A DNA stretch of 55,512 bases from Planctomycetia bacterium (GTDB taxonomy: Bacteria > Planctomycetota > Planctomycetia > Pirellulales > Thermoguttaceae), in contig JAUNAI010000001.1 of assembly GCA_030527705.1 (NCBI GenBank), positions 1 through 55,512 of the forward strand, read 5' to 3'. Each line of letters opens with the position of its first letter. Position 1 is the stretch's first letter. Made by a program: the position numbers and the translations under genes. Of this stretch, positions 1-9,878 are shown one piece after another. The notes under the pieces are model-generated. The model made no database searches. It was given only the letters and a program-made list of their open reading frames with translations, and was not told where the DNA came from.

Positions 1-339
1 GGTTGTTACCCCGGTTGTTGCGCCTGTCGTAGCACCGATTGTGGTATTCTGACAGATTTCCAGAAAAAAAGTTCAGGTTTATTCTGGAACAAAACTAGAA
101 CAAGAATCGTTGTATCGTAGCCACCTTCGGAAAATGTAAAGTCCGTTAATGTGGCTACTTTCGTTGTACTTGCGCTTTATTCACCGACAGGATCATGTTC
201 TAATTGAGTCGTCATTGACATTCTTATAGGAGATGTGATTTAACTGGGATACAATTTAACTGGGTGGCAAAGTACTCGCAAGAACGGAAACAGGGAAAAT
301 ACAATTTTTAGCATCTCCATAAGTTTCTCCTTAGTGTTT

Positions 340-1347
340 TTACATGAATTCTTTTAATCGTGCGCGTAATTCGGTGTAGTGGAAGAGTCGGTGATAGTCG
401 ATAAGTCCGGAAATTGCCCAAGACTTGAAGACTTTCTTGCCGGATTCGACGAGGATGGCGATGGGGTTGAGACCACCGACGACGATGGCTCCGATATAAC
501 CGTCGCTCACGGGGATACCGAGAATGGGCTGGTTGGGGAGACCGAATTTCAGGAAGCCGCCGAGACCGATTTTTTCCATACGCTCGATAATTCCCTCTAC
601 ACGCTGTCGGCTTTCGTCCGGTAATTCACGGAATGCTGCGCCGATAAGTCCGTTGCCGGTACGAATTGCGCCGTGGTAATTCGTCAGTCCTGCACGAATG
701 AAAATTGCGAGCGGGTCGACAGTCGTGGCGTTATAATTGATGATTTCTGTGAAGCGCGTCGGTTTTCCGTTGCGGAGTTCCAGAAGTCCGCTGAAGCGCG
801 ACGCCATCGGGATGCCGTGTTTCAGGAGAACGCCGTTAAACGTGACGGAGCAGACGGTACAGAAACCGACATGACCGGGTGGGATAACCGTTTCGTACCA
901 CTTTTCGCCCGGTTTCAGGATGGAAACGAGTTCTCCCATCGCATAACCCTGCTCGAAAACCTGATAAATATCGTCGAGACACGCGAAAAAGTCGGAAATC
1001 GGCAGAAGCGACATATTCGCGATGACCTCGCCGGAACAGGTGGGCAAGTCGAACGTCATGCGGTACGTCATCAGGTCGATTTTTGCAGAAAGATAACCAA
1101 GACGCGTAACGGAGTCAGAACCCTGCAACTCACGGATTCCGAGCGGCGTGATCATTCGTCCTTTTCGTCCCTGCGAGGCGGTAAAACCCTGTTGGTCGAG
1201 CGTCTGGAGATACATTCGGACCGCCCGCTCACTATAATGCACCCCAGCAGCGTCCAGAATTTCGACGATTTGCGCGGAAGTCAGGACTTTTCCTTCTTCT
1301 TTGAGAACCCGTAAAATTTCGGTTTTTTTCTGGTCTTTTTTGTCCAT
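340..1347 (-). CDS. nrpR: NrpR-like nitrogen-responsive transcriptional repressor (winged HTH + one DUF128/NrpR regulatory domain)
   Basis: 335-aa ORF starting at ATG 1347. The N-terminal segment ILRVLKEEGKVLTSAQIVEILD...ERAVRMYLQTLDQQGF...GRKGRMITPLG matches my recollection of the wHTH and linker of archaeal NrpR/DUF128 proteins. Its length fits HTH plus a single DUF128 domain. It lies on the same strand as gdhA and just downstream of it. Confidence 0.65.
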   Translation of the reverse strand: MDKKDQKKTEILRVLKEEGKVLTSAQIVEILDAAGVHYSERAVRMYLQTLDQQGFTASQGRKGRMITPLGIRELQGSDSVTRLGYLSAKIDLMTYRMTFDLPTCSGEVIANMSLLPISDFFACLDDIYQVFEQGYAMGELVSILKPGEKWYETVIPPGHVGFCTVCSVTFNGVLLKHGIPMASRFSGLLELRNGKPTRFTEIINYNATTVDPLAIFIRAGLTNYHGAIRTGNGLIGAAFRELPDESRQRVEGIIERMEKIGLGGFLKFGLPNQPILGIPVSDGYIGAIVVGGLNPIAILVESGKKVFKSWAISGLIDYHRLFHYTELRARLKEFM

Positions 1348-1744
1348 GAGCGTGAATGATACAGGTCTTAAGGAAATATAGAATGACGATTTTGTGAAAT
1401 TTTACATAAGGAGTTTAATTTTAAACGGTAGGTAAATACCGTTAATCCCAGAGGGACTTGGTTTTACTCACTGTGGACTTTAGTCTACAGTTAGAATTAC
1501 ATCTCTTTCAGAGATAGATAGAATATCCGAGAGTTTACGCTCCCGGATAAAAATATATATGAAGACAGAGGGAAGGTCAGAAGTATTTTATTCTGATAAT
1601 CTACTACAGACTAAAGTCTGCAGTTAGTAAACGAAGTCCTACGGACTAAGGTGCTTAAGCGCCATTCAGAGAACGTCTTTATGTGTGTTTTTAATAACAT
1701 TTTTAGAAGACATAACCCTGCCCCTTCCGTCGCCTTCAGCGACA

Positions 1745-1763
1745 CCTCCCCTAATAGGGGAGG
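1745..1763 (-). terminator. perfect 8-bp hairpin just after the gdhA stop (no U-run)
   Basis: CCTCCCCT-AAT-AGGGGAGG lies 12 nt downstream of the gdhA stop codon. Confidence 0.3.
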
Positions 1764-1774
1764 CCGTGAGTGAA

Positions 1775-3154
<1,380 letters not shown>

Positions 3155-3608
3155 TTAAAGTGCGCAACATGCACACAGAATAGATTTCTAATAGGTTTCG
3201 GGAATGAATTTCCATAAAACGTTGTTATTGTATCAGATTATCGGAGATTTACAAGGCCCCATTTAGCGTAATTTTGCCATAAAAGTTTTTTGAACGGCAG
3301 AGTTTCCGCGTCAAATTGGCCAAAATTCACAAATTTTTTAAAATAAATGACTTTTGGAGAATTTTACGGCAAAATATCGGCAAATATTTTTGGAATTTTT
3401 TTGCCGATATGGTGTATTTGAGCCGTCTCCTCACAAAAGCGCGACTAATTCGGTAGTTGCTCAGGAATTTTTGAGAAATATTGGAAAATTCTTTGCTGAA
3501 ATTTCCAGAATTGAGATTTTTCTGTCACACCTACCCGTTATGTTTAATAGAGGAAGAGAAGAGTTCTTCCTGAAAGACTATATAATATTAATATAAGGAG
3601 AAATTTTC

Positions 3609-3977
3609 ATGAAATTAGCGTATGTATTGGCTTTTGCGTTGGCGTTCGGAATGGTTCAGATTTCTTGCGCACAGAGCTGGTTCCATTCCAACGCCGATGG
3701 TACCTTCGCCGGTCGTTCGAGTTTATTGGGTGACACAACCTACCATTATAACTCGAATGGTACTTCCGCTGGTCGTTCGACTTCATTGGGTGACACAACC
3801 TACCATTATAACTCGAATGGCACTTCCGCTGGTCGTTCAAGTTCATTGGGTGGCACAACCTATCACTACAACGCGGACGGCAGTTTGGCAGGACGTTCCT
3901 CATCTTTCGGAGGCAGAACCTACCATTATAATTCCAACGGCAGTTCTGCGGGTAACTCGTGGAGCTGGGGTTGGTGA
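3609..3977 (+). CDS. small secreted protein built from five tandem 20-aa repeats (weakly YD-repeat-like)
   Basis: An AAGGAG RBS lies 7 nt upstream of the ATG. The N-terminus is a signal peptide (MKLAYVLAFALAFGMVQISCAQ). The mature part is 5 x (T)YHYNSNGTSAGRSSSLGDT and ends in NSWSWGW. Confidence 0.75.
   Translation: MKLAYVLAFALAFGMVQISCAQSWFHSNADGTFAGRSSLLGDTTYHYNSNGTSAGRSTSLGDTTYHYNSNGTSAGRSSSLGGTTYHYNADGSLAGRSSSFGGRTYHYNSNGSSAGNSWSWGW
3675..3971 (+). repeat. five in-frame 60-bp tandem repeats inside the small secreted protein gene
   Basis: Units align with 60-nt periodicity. Units at about 3729-3788 and 3789-3848 are 56/60 identical by hand count. The outer units are more diverged. Confidence 0.9.
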
Positions 3978-4060
3978 TTCCTGAAACACTCTTCTTCTGA
4001 CTGATTCATTCTATATTCCCGCTACGCTCTTGTGGTGGGAAATTTTTTTGGTTTGGCGGC

Positions 4061-4089
4061 TTGACAAAATGAGACGAAAACGCTAAAAT
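4061..4089 (+). promoter_or_regulatory. sigma70-like promoter TTGACA-N17-TAAAAT
   Basis: Perfect -35 hexamer at 4061-4066, 17-nt spacer, TAAAAT at 4084-4089. It lies about 170 nt upstream of the aminopeptidase ATG. Confidence 0.55.
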
Positions 4090-4259
4090 AAAGGGTAGGA
4101 TATCCATTTCACTTGAAAATTCAGGGAAGGGCGGGCTTTTCGGTAGTTATTTCTGCAACGCGAAAAGACGGTGAAGCAGAATTTTATAGTGTATTGGGTA
4201 GAAATGTTTCTTTTTTATAAATATCACCCCAAAATCATAACCCGAAAGGATGTTTTTTC

Positions 4260-5486
4260 ATGAAAACCGAAATTCTCCGAAAATACGCAGAACTCATCGC
4301 TCGCTGTGGTCTGAACGTGCAGGAGGGGCAGGAAGTCATGATTACCGCCGACCTTGACCAGCCGGAATTTGTGACGATGTGCGTCGAGGAATGTTACCGC
4401 GCCGGCGCGAAGAAAGTCATCGTGGATTGGGTTCATCAGAAAGTCACGAAATTACACTACGAAAACCAGTCGCTCGAGACGCTTTCCCACCTTGAAAAAT
4501 GGCAGTTGGAACGGTGGCAGTGGCAGACGGAACAGTTACCGTGCAAGTTGTTCATCGAATCGGACGACCCGGACGGATTGGCGGGAATCGACCAGGAAAA
4601 AGTCTCCAACGCGCGTCAGAAATGGTTCCCGTTGATTAAACCATATCGGGATAAGATGGAAAATCGCTATTCCTGGTGCATCGCCGCTGTGCCGGGAAAA
4701 GCGTGGGCGAAGAAAGTTTTCCCGGAATTGAGCGAGGAATCGGCTGTCGAAGCACTCTGGGACGCAATTCTGAAAACGTCGCGTGCGCTGGAGGGTGAAC
4801 CGCTCGAAAATTGGAAAGAACACAACGCGGATTTGAAACGCCGATACGATTATCTGAACGCGCTGAAACTCCGCTCGTTGCACTATGAAAGCGCGAACGG
4901 AACGAATCTGACGGTCGGACTGATTGACGGTTGCAATTTCCTCGGCGGCGGTGAAACGACGATGGGCGGACAGTTTTTCAACCCGAATATTCCGTCGGAA
5001 GAGATTTTCACCACCCCACGGGCGGGCGAGGCGGAAGGAATTGTCTACGCAACGAAACCGTTGTCGTATCAGGGACAGTTAATTGAGAACTTCTGGATTC
5101 GTTTCGAAGATGGGCGGGCGGTCGAAGTCGGAGCGGAAAAAAACGAAGCACTCTTGCGGAAAATGATTTCGATGGACGACGGTGCGGCGAAACTCGGCGA
5201 GTGTGCGTTGATTCCGTACGATTCCCCAATCAACAACACGGGTATTCTCTTCTTCAACACCCTTTTTGACGAAAACGCGAGTTGCCACCTTGCGCTGGGT
5301 CACGGATTTAGCAACCTCTTGGAGGGTTTCGAAAACCTGACGATGGAAGAGTGCTACGCGCGTGGCATTAACGACTCGATGATCCACGTCGATTTCATGA
5401 TTGGCTCCTCCGACCTTAACATCACTGGCACCACCTCCACCGGCGCAACCGTCCCCATCTTCCGCAACGGTGCATGGGCGTTTTGA
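4260..5486 (+). CDS. M29-family aminopeptidase (AmpS/PepS/aminopeptidase T-like)
   Basis: 408-aa ORF. Its N-terminus (LRKYAELIARCGLNVQEGQEVMI) and C-terminus (SCHLALGHGF...IHVDFMIG) are typical of thermophilic-type M29 aminopeptidases. Confidence 0.85.
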   Translation: MKTEILRKYAELIARCGLNVQEGQEVMITADLDQPEFVTMCVEECYRAGAKKVIVDWVHQKVTKLHYENQSLETLSHLEKWQLERWQWQTEQLPCKLFIESDDPDGLAGIDQEKVSNARQKWFPLIKPYRDKMENRYSWCIAAVPGKAWAKKVFPELSEESAVEALWDAILKTSRALEGEPLENWKEHNADLKRRYDYLNALKLRSLHYESANGTNLTVGLIDGCNFLGGGETTMGGQFFNPNIPSEEIFTTPRAGEAEGIVYATKPLSYQGQLIENFWIRFEDGRAVEVGAEKNEALLRKMISMDDGAAKLGECALIPYDSPINNTGILFFNTLFDENASCHLALGHGFSNLLEGFENLTMEECYARGINDSMIHVDFMIGSSDLNITGTTSTGATVPIFRNGAWAF

Positions 5487-5509
5487 GAAAGGAAGGTCGT
5501 CTGTTTGAA

Positions 5510-5550
5510 GCATGGTTTCTATTTTTTTTGATATGAAACCATGCCGTTTT
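5510..5550 (+). terminator. hairpin terminator candidate after the aminopeptidase gene
   Basis: Perfect 10-bp stem GCATGGTTTC/GAAACCATGC (5510-5519 / 5535-5544) followed by CGTTTT. Confidence 0.5.
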
Positions 5551-5594
5551 CGGTTAATCATTTTTTCAGGATTTTAATTGCAGGATGAATCAAA

Positions 5595-6819
5595 ATGAAG
5601 ATTGAATCCTTAAAGTTGACCAATTTCAAAGCGTTTAGAAATGCAAAAATGGAAAAGATTCCTAAATTTTGCGTCATTGTCGGTGCAAATGGAACGGGAA
5701 AAAGTACGCTTTTTAATTTATTTGGCTTCTTAAAAGCTGCCCTAAATAGTGACGTTCATACTGCGCTTCTGCGTTTAGGTGGAAATCGAGGATTTCAGGA
5801 AGTCAGAAGCCGAGGAGCAACTGAGAATATTTCAATAGAATTAAAATTTCGTAATACTCCAGATGGAATTTTGAAAAAAAACAAGAAGTGCAAGGTAAAA
5901 CTCCATTAATTACCTATTTTCTTGAAATAGGAGAGGAAAATGGTCATGCGTATGTAGAGCAGGAATACTTGCAATACCGTCGTGGTAGTAGAGGCAAGCC
6001 GTGGCGTTTTCTTGATTTTAGACGTGGAGAAGGTTCCGCCGTAATCAATGAATTAGACGACACAACAGATATTCGCAATTTGAAACGCGAAAACCAGAAA
6101 TTGCGTTCACCGGATATTCTTGCAATTAAAGGACTTGCCAATTATGAGCGTTTTCCGGCAGTGGTAAGTCTTGCTACGTTAATTGAAAACTGGCACGTTT
6201 CGGATTTTCATATCAGTCGTGCACGACCGGAACAGGAAGTGGGTTTTGCCAATCACCTTTCTCGGGAAGGTGAAAACCTGTCGTTGGTAATTCAATTTCT
6301 TTATGATCGTCATCGGGATTTATTTAATAAAATAATGACACGGTTACAGCAATCAATCCCTGGAATTACTTCCGTTGAGGCGAAAACGACGGAAGAGGGG
6401 CGTGTTTTGTTAAAATTCCATGACGGAGCTTTTAAGGATCCATTTTTGGCGCGTTACGTATCCGATGGAACGATTAAAATGTTAGCATATCTCACGTTAC
6501 TTTATGACCCTACCCCACATCCATTACTATGTGTTGAAGAACCGGAAAATCAACTTTATCCATCTCTTTTGTATCCTTTAGCAGAAGAGTTTCGAGCGTA
6601 TACCAACAGCGAAAATAGTCAGGTTTGGGTTTCTACGTACAGCCCGGATTTCCTGAACGCTACGGAAATGGATGAAGTTTTTTGGTTGGAAAAAAGAATG
6701 GATATACGCAAATTGTTCGTGCTTGTGACAATCAACAAATTCGAACCTATATGGAAAATGGGGATCAGATGGGATATTTGTGGAAAGAGGGACTTTTCGG
6801 AAAGGCGGATCCTAAATGA
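5595..6819 (+). pseudogene. AAA/ABC-type ATPase (AAA_15/AAA_21-like, OLD-family-like ATPase) disrupted by two -1 frame breaks
   Basis: Walker A GANGTGKST and Walker B-like LLCVEEPENQLYP are present. The reading frame breaks in an A8 run (5874-5881) and again in an A6 run (6690-6695). Adding one nt at each site restores about 408 continuous codons, reading ...GILKKKQEVQGKTPLITYFLEIG... and ...FWLEKKNGYTQIVRACDNQQIRTYMENGDQMGYLWKEGLFGKADPK*. The restored stop TGA (6817-6819) overlaps the next ATG as ATGA. Confidence 0.75.
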
Positions 6820-7382
6820 AAGAACTTATATGTCTGCTTGAAGAACCTTCGGCTAAAGAGATGTTGACAATTGTTTGTAATCAGATTGTTCCAAAATCAA
6901 TCGAAACGCATATTATTGCATTTGAGGGAAAACGGGATTTAGCAAGTAAACTGGTTAAAAGAATCCAATTATGGCAAAATCCAGAAGTGGTATTTCTGGT
7001 TATGCAGGATCAGGATAGGAAAGATTGCATTGGCGTAAAATCAGAGTTACAGGAACTTGTAAATCAAACAGGAAAAGCAGATCGGACTATTATCCGTATC
7101 GCGTGTCAGGAATTGGAAAGTTTTTATTTTGGTGATCTTGAGGCGGTCGAAAAGGGACTTGATATTAAAGATTTACGGAAATATAGCAAGAAAAAATAGT
7201 ACCGAGTGCCTGATGATATTCCATCTCCATCTGAAGCGTTGAAGAAAATAACCAAATATAAATATCAGAAAGTTTGTGGTTCCAAAGCAATCGCGCCTTA
7301 CTTAAAATTAGCACAAGGGGAGAATTCCTCTCACAGTTTTCAGGTTTTGTTGCAGGGAATACAGAAATTGATAGAATTATAA
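6816..7382 (+). pseudogene. DUF4276-like (TOPRIM-like) partner protein interrupted by an in-frame TAG
   Basis: The ATG overlaps the ATPase stop. The N-terminus has LLEEPSAKE (conserved Glu) and VMQDQD (DxD), as in TOPRIM-type domains. An in-frame TAG sits at 7197-7199. The same frame then continues with protein-like sequence (YRVPDDIPSPSEALKKITKYKYQKVCGSKAIAPYL...SFQVLLQGIQKLIEL) to TAA 7380-7382. The family assignment is from memory only. Confidence 0.55.
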
Positions 7383-7411
7383 ACGTTAAACCTGATATTT
7401 CTGCTTAAAAC

Positions 7412-7441
7412 CGGGGAGAGTATATATCCGTATTCTCCCCG
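7412..7441. terminator. hairpin between convergent genes (DUF4276-like and metG)
   Basis: Perfect 8-bp stem CGGGGAGA/TCTCCCCG with a 14-nt loop. There is no clean T-run on either side. Confidence 0.4.
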
Positions 7442-7468
7442 TAATGTTATAACTATTTCAGATTTCTC

Positions 7469-9538
7469 TTAATGCACTCTCTGTCCCGGGACGGCACCGG
7501 TGTCGGGGGAGAGGACGAAGATGTCTTTACCTCCGGGGCCGGCGGCGCAGATCATCGCTTCGGACATGCCGAACTTCATCTGGCGAGGCTGGAGGTTCGC
7601 GACACAGACGACGAGGCGTCCGACAAGGTCTTCCGGTTTATATGCGGATTTGATGCCCGCGAAAACGTTTTTCGTCACGTCGCCACCCAGCGAGAGCGTC
7701 AGGTGAAGCAATTTTCGCGCTTCTGGAACCTCTTCCGCCATCACAATTCGCGCGACGCGGAGGTCCACCTTACAAAAATCGTCAATCGTGCACATTTCTT
7801 CCAGTGGCTCGTCCGTCAACGGTTGCGCACTGTCGTCCCACTGCGATTTCGGAGCGTTTTCTTCCGTACCAGCCGTGTTTTCCGTATCGACCGGTTTATT
7901 TTCTTCTTTCGTTTCTTCGATCATAGCGTCAATCACTTTCTCATCCATTCGAGCCATTAAATGACTAAATTCATTCACTTTCGTACCACAAAGCGGTTTC
8001 TGTACGCTTTCGATACTCCACGATTCGACCGTTTCGTCGAGCAACTGCGCCGACTGTTCCGCGAGTTTCGGCAGAATCGGCGACAAATAAATCACCATCT
8101 GACGGAAGATATTCAGCGCAATCGTGCAGACGTCCTGCAATTCCTGCTGTTTCGCCGGGTCTTTCCGTAACGTCCACGGCGCGGAATCTTCCACGAATTT
8201 ATTCGCACGGTCGCCAATTGCCATCACTAACCGCGTCACGCGCGCGAAGTCGCATTCTTCGTACGCTTGCGCAATTTCTTCCATCTGTGACGCGCCAAAC
8301 GCGAACAGTCCGCCGTCTTCCGGGTAGGTCGCCGACAGTCCGAGGTCTTTCATGAATTTTGCGGTGCGACTTGCCAGATTCACGAGTTTTCCGACCAAAT
8401 CCGAGTTGACTTTCTCGCGAATGTCGCTGAAATTCAGGTCTACATCGTCCACGCGCCCCGTCAGTTTCGAAGCGAAATAGTAACGTAAATAAGCCGGGTC
8501 AAGGTACTTGAGGTACGTGTCCGCCTTGATGAAGGTCCCTTTCGATTTCGACATTTTCTCGCCGTTCGTGGTGAGCATACCGTGAATGTGGACTTTTTCC
8601 GGAAGGTTAAATCCGGCGGTCTTCAACATGGCAGGCCAGAAGAGCGTGTGGAAATACGTAATGTCTTTTCCGATGAAATGATGAATTTCCGTTTCGGGAT
8701 TTTTCCACCAATCTTCCCAGTTTTCGCCGTTTTTCTCGCACCAGACGCGGGTAGAACCGATGTATCCGATCGGCGCGTCGAACCAGACGTACCAGTAATT
8801 TCCCGGAGAGTCCGGAATCTCGAAACCGAAATACGGCGCAGGACGCGAAATGTCCCAGTCACGGAGTTCGTCGCAGAGGAAATGCCCGGCGAGATAATTC
8901 GCAATTTCCGGTTGGAGGTGATTTCCCTGCTGAGTCCATTCTGTGAGGAACGGGCGTAAACGCTCGATTTCGACCATTAAATGCTCTGCGTCGCGCAGTT
9001 CCGGCGTGGTTCCCGACAACGCGCTGATGGGGTCTTTCAGGTCCGCCGGGGAGTAAGTTGCGCCGCACTTGTCGCACGAATCGCCATACTGGTCCTGCGC
9101 TCCGCATTTCGGGCAAGTCCCCTTCACGAAACGGTCTGCAAGGAACGTTCCTGCCTGCGTGTCGAAGAGTTGCGTCACTTTTTTCTCGTGAACGAGACCC
9201 GCCGCACGGAGAGCTGTCCAGATTTCTTTACATGACTCGTAATTTTCCGGAGCATTGGTGCTTCCGTAATTGTCGAAACGGATTCCCATGCCGGTAAAGG
9301 ACGCAAGATGCTGTTCCCGGACACTCGCGATGAGTTCTTCCGGCGTAATTCCCTCACGCTGCGCACGAATCATAATCGCCGTTCCGTGCGTGTCGTCGGC
9401 ACAGATGTAAATGCACTTATTTCCGCGAAGACGCTGCGCTCGCACCCAGATGTCGGTCTGAATATATTCAACGAGATGCCCGATATGAATCGGACCGTTC
9501 GCGTACGGCAACGCGCTTGTAACGAGGATTTTTCGCAT
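7469..9538 (-). CDS. metG: methionine--tRNA ligase with C-terminal tRNA-binding (Trbp111-like) domain
   Basis: 689 aa with the HIGH motif ([12 protein letters not shown]), KMSKS, and a CxxC...CxxC knuckle. A GAGGAG RBS precedes ATG 9538. Confidence 0.95.
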   Translation of the reverse strand: MRKILVTSALPYANGPIHIGHLVEYIQTDIWVRAQRLRGNKCIYICADDTHGTAIMIRAQREGITPEELIASVREQHLASFTGMGIRFDNYGSTNAPENYESCKEIWTALRAAGLVHEKKVTQLFDTQAGTFLADRFVKGTCPKCGAQDQYGDSCDKCGATYSPADLKDPISALSGTTPELRDAEHLMVEIERLRPFLTEWTQQGNHLQPEIANYLAGHFLCDELRDWDISRPAPYFGFEIPDSPGNYWYVWFDAPIGYIGSTRVWCEKNGENWEDWWKNPETEIHHFIGKDITYFHTLFWPAMLKTAGFNLPEKVHIHGMLTTNGEKMSKSKGTFIKADTYLKYLDPAYLRYYFASKLTGRVDDVDLNFSDIREKVNSDLVGKLVNLASRTAKFMKDLGLSATYPEDGGLFAFGASQMEEIAQAYEECDFARVTRLVMAIGDRANKFVEDSAPWTLRKDPAKQQELQDVCTIALNIFRQMVIYLSPILPKLAEQSAQLLDETVESWSIESVQKPLCGTKVNEFSHLMARMDEKVIDAMIEETKEENKPVDTENTAGTEENAPKSQWDDSAQPLTDEPLEEMCTIDDFCKVDLRVARIVMAEEVPEARKLLHLTLSLGGDVTKNVFAGIKSAYKPEDLVGRLVVCVANLQPRQMKFGMSEAMICAAGPGGKDIFVLSPDTGAVPGQRVH

Positions 9539-9590
9539 GTCAACTCCTCAGAAATGGAGAAAAATGAAACCGATTTGATACGATTTTATT

Positions 9591-9618
9591 ATTATACATG
9601 ATTTTGAAATAACTTCTA
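9591..9618 (-). promoter_or_regulatory. candidate metG promoter TAGAAG-N16-TATAAT preceded by a C-tract
   Basis: The minus strand reads CCCTCCCCC-TAGAAG-16 nt-TATAAT. The -10 is perfect and the -35 is weak. Confidence 0.4.
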
Positions 9619-9849
9619 GGGGGAGGGAGAGCGAAGAGTAAATGAAAAAACAATCCCAATGGAATCGGTATTATCGTAAAAATCATTTCTTTCGATTTTC
9701 TTTTTTTAAATGGGGGGTTTTCTGGAAAAGCGAAGGCGAAAAAGACACAGAAGGGGGCGTAAAAGTGACGATTATTCCAAAAGATACGTCTAAGAGGGTA
9801 AAAAGTTGAAAAATTTTGAAGAAAATAGTAAAATTTCCTTAAAAACTTG

Positions 9850-9878
9850 TTGACCTAAATCGGTTTTGTAATTACACT
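9850..9878 (+). promoter_or_regulatory. sigma70-like promoter TTGACC-N17-TACACT upstream of the PilM-like operon
   Basis: Hexamers at 9850-9855 and 9873-9878. A-tract/GAAAAT-rich DNA lies upstream. Confidence 0.5.

Noticed and set aside
1-52. Open frame from the window edge to TGA 50-52 (VVTPVVAPVVAPIVVF*), possibly the 3' end of a gene.
   Set aside because: Only 16 codons are visible and they are low-complexity. That is not enough to call a CDS.
3354-3596. 80-aa ORF in the A/T-rich gdhA / repeat-protein intergenic region.
   Set aside because: It has no RBS. Its Phe/Ile/Lys-rich composition reflects A/T-rich DNA, and it overlaps the 10-bp inverted repeat and likely promoter DNA.
3675-3971. 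Regular 60-bp tandem repeats that could be mistaken for a CRISPR-like array.
   Set aside because: The repeats are contiguous with no spacers, in-frame, and encode a coherent 20-aa protein repeat downstream of an RBS and signal peptide.
5874-6697. Dismissing both ATPase frameshifts as homopolymer sequencing errors.
   Set aside because: This is not fully excluded. Two points argue against a platform-wide artefact. Many other A6-A8 runs in essential genes of this window are in frame, and the neighbouring gene carries an independent nonsense substitution. Read-level data are needed.
5888-6841. Treating 5595-5909, 5888-6841 and 6816-7199 as three intact independent genes.
   Set aside because: Walker A lies in the first piece and Walker B in the second piece of what is clearly one ATPase. 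The frame-corrected junctions read through smoothly, and the native-looking C-terminus is in the -1 frame. I therefore call two disrupted genes instead.
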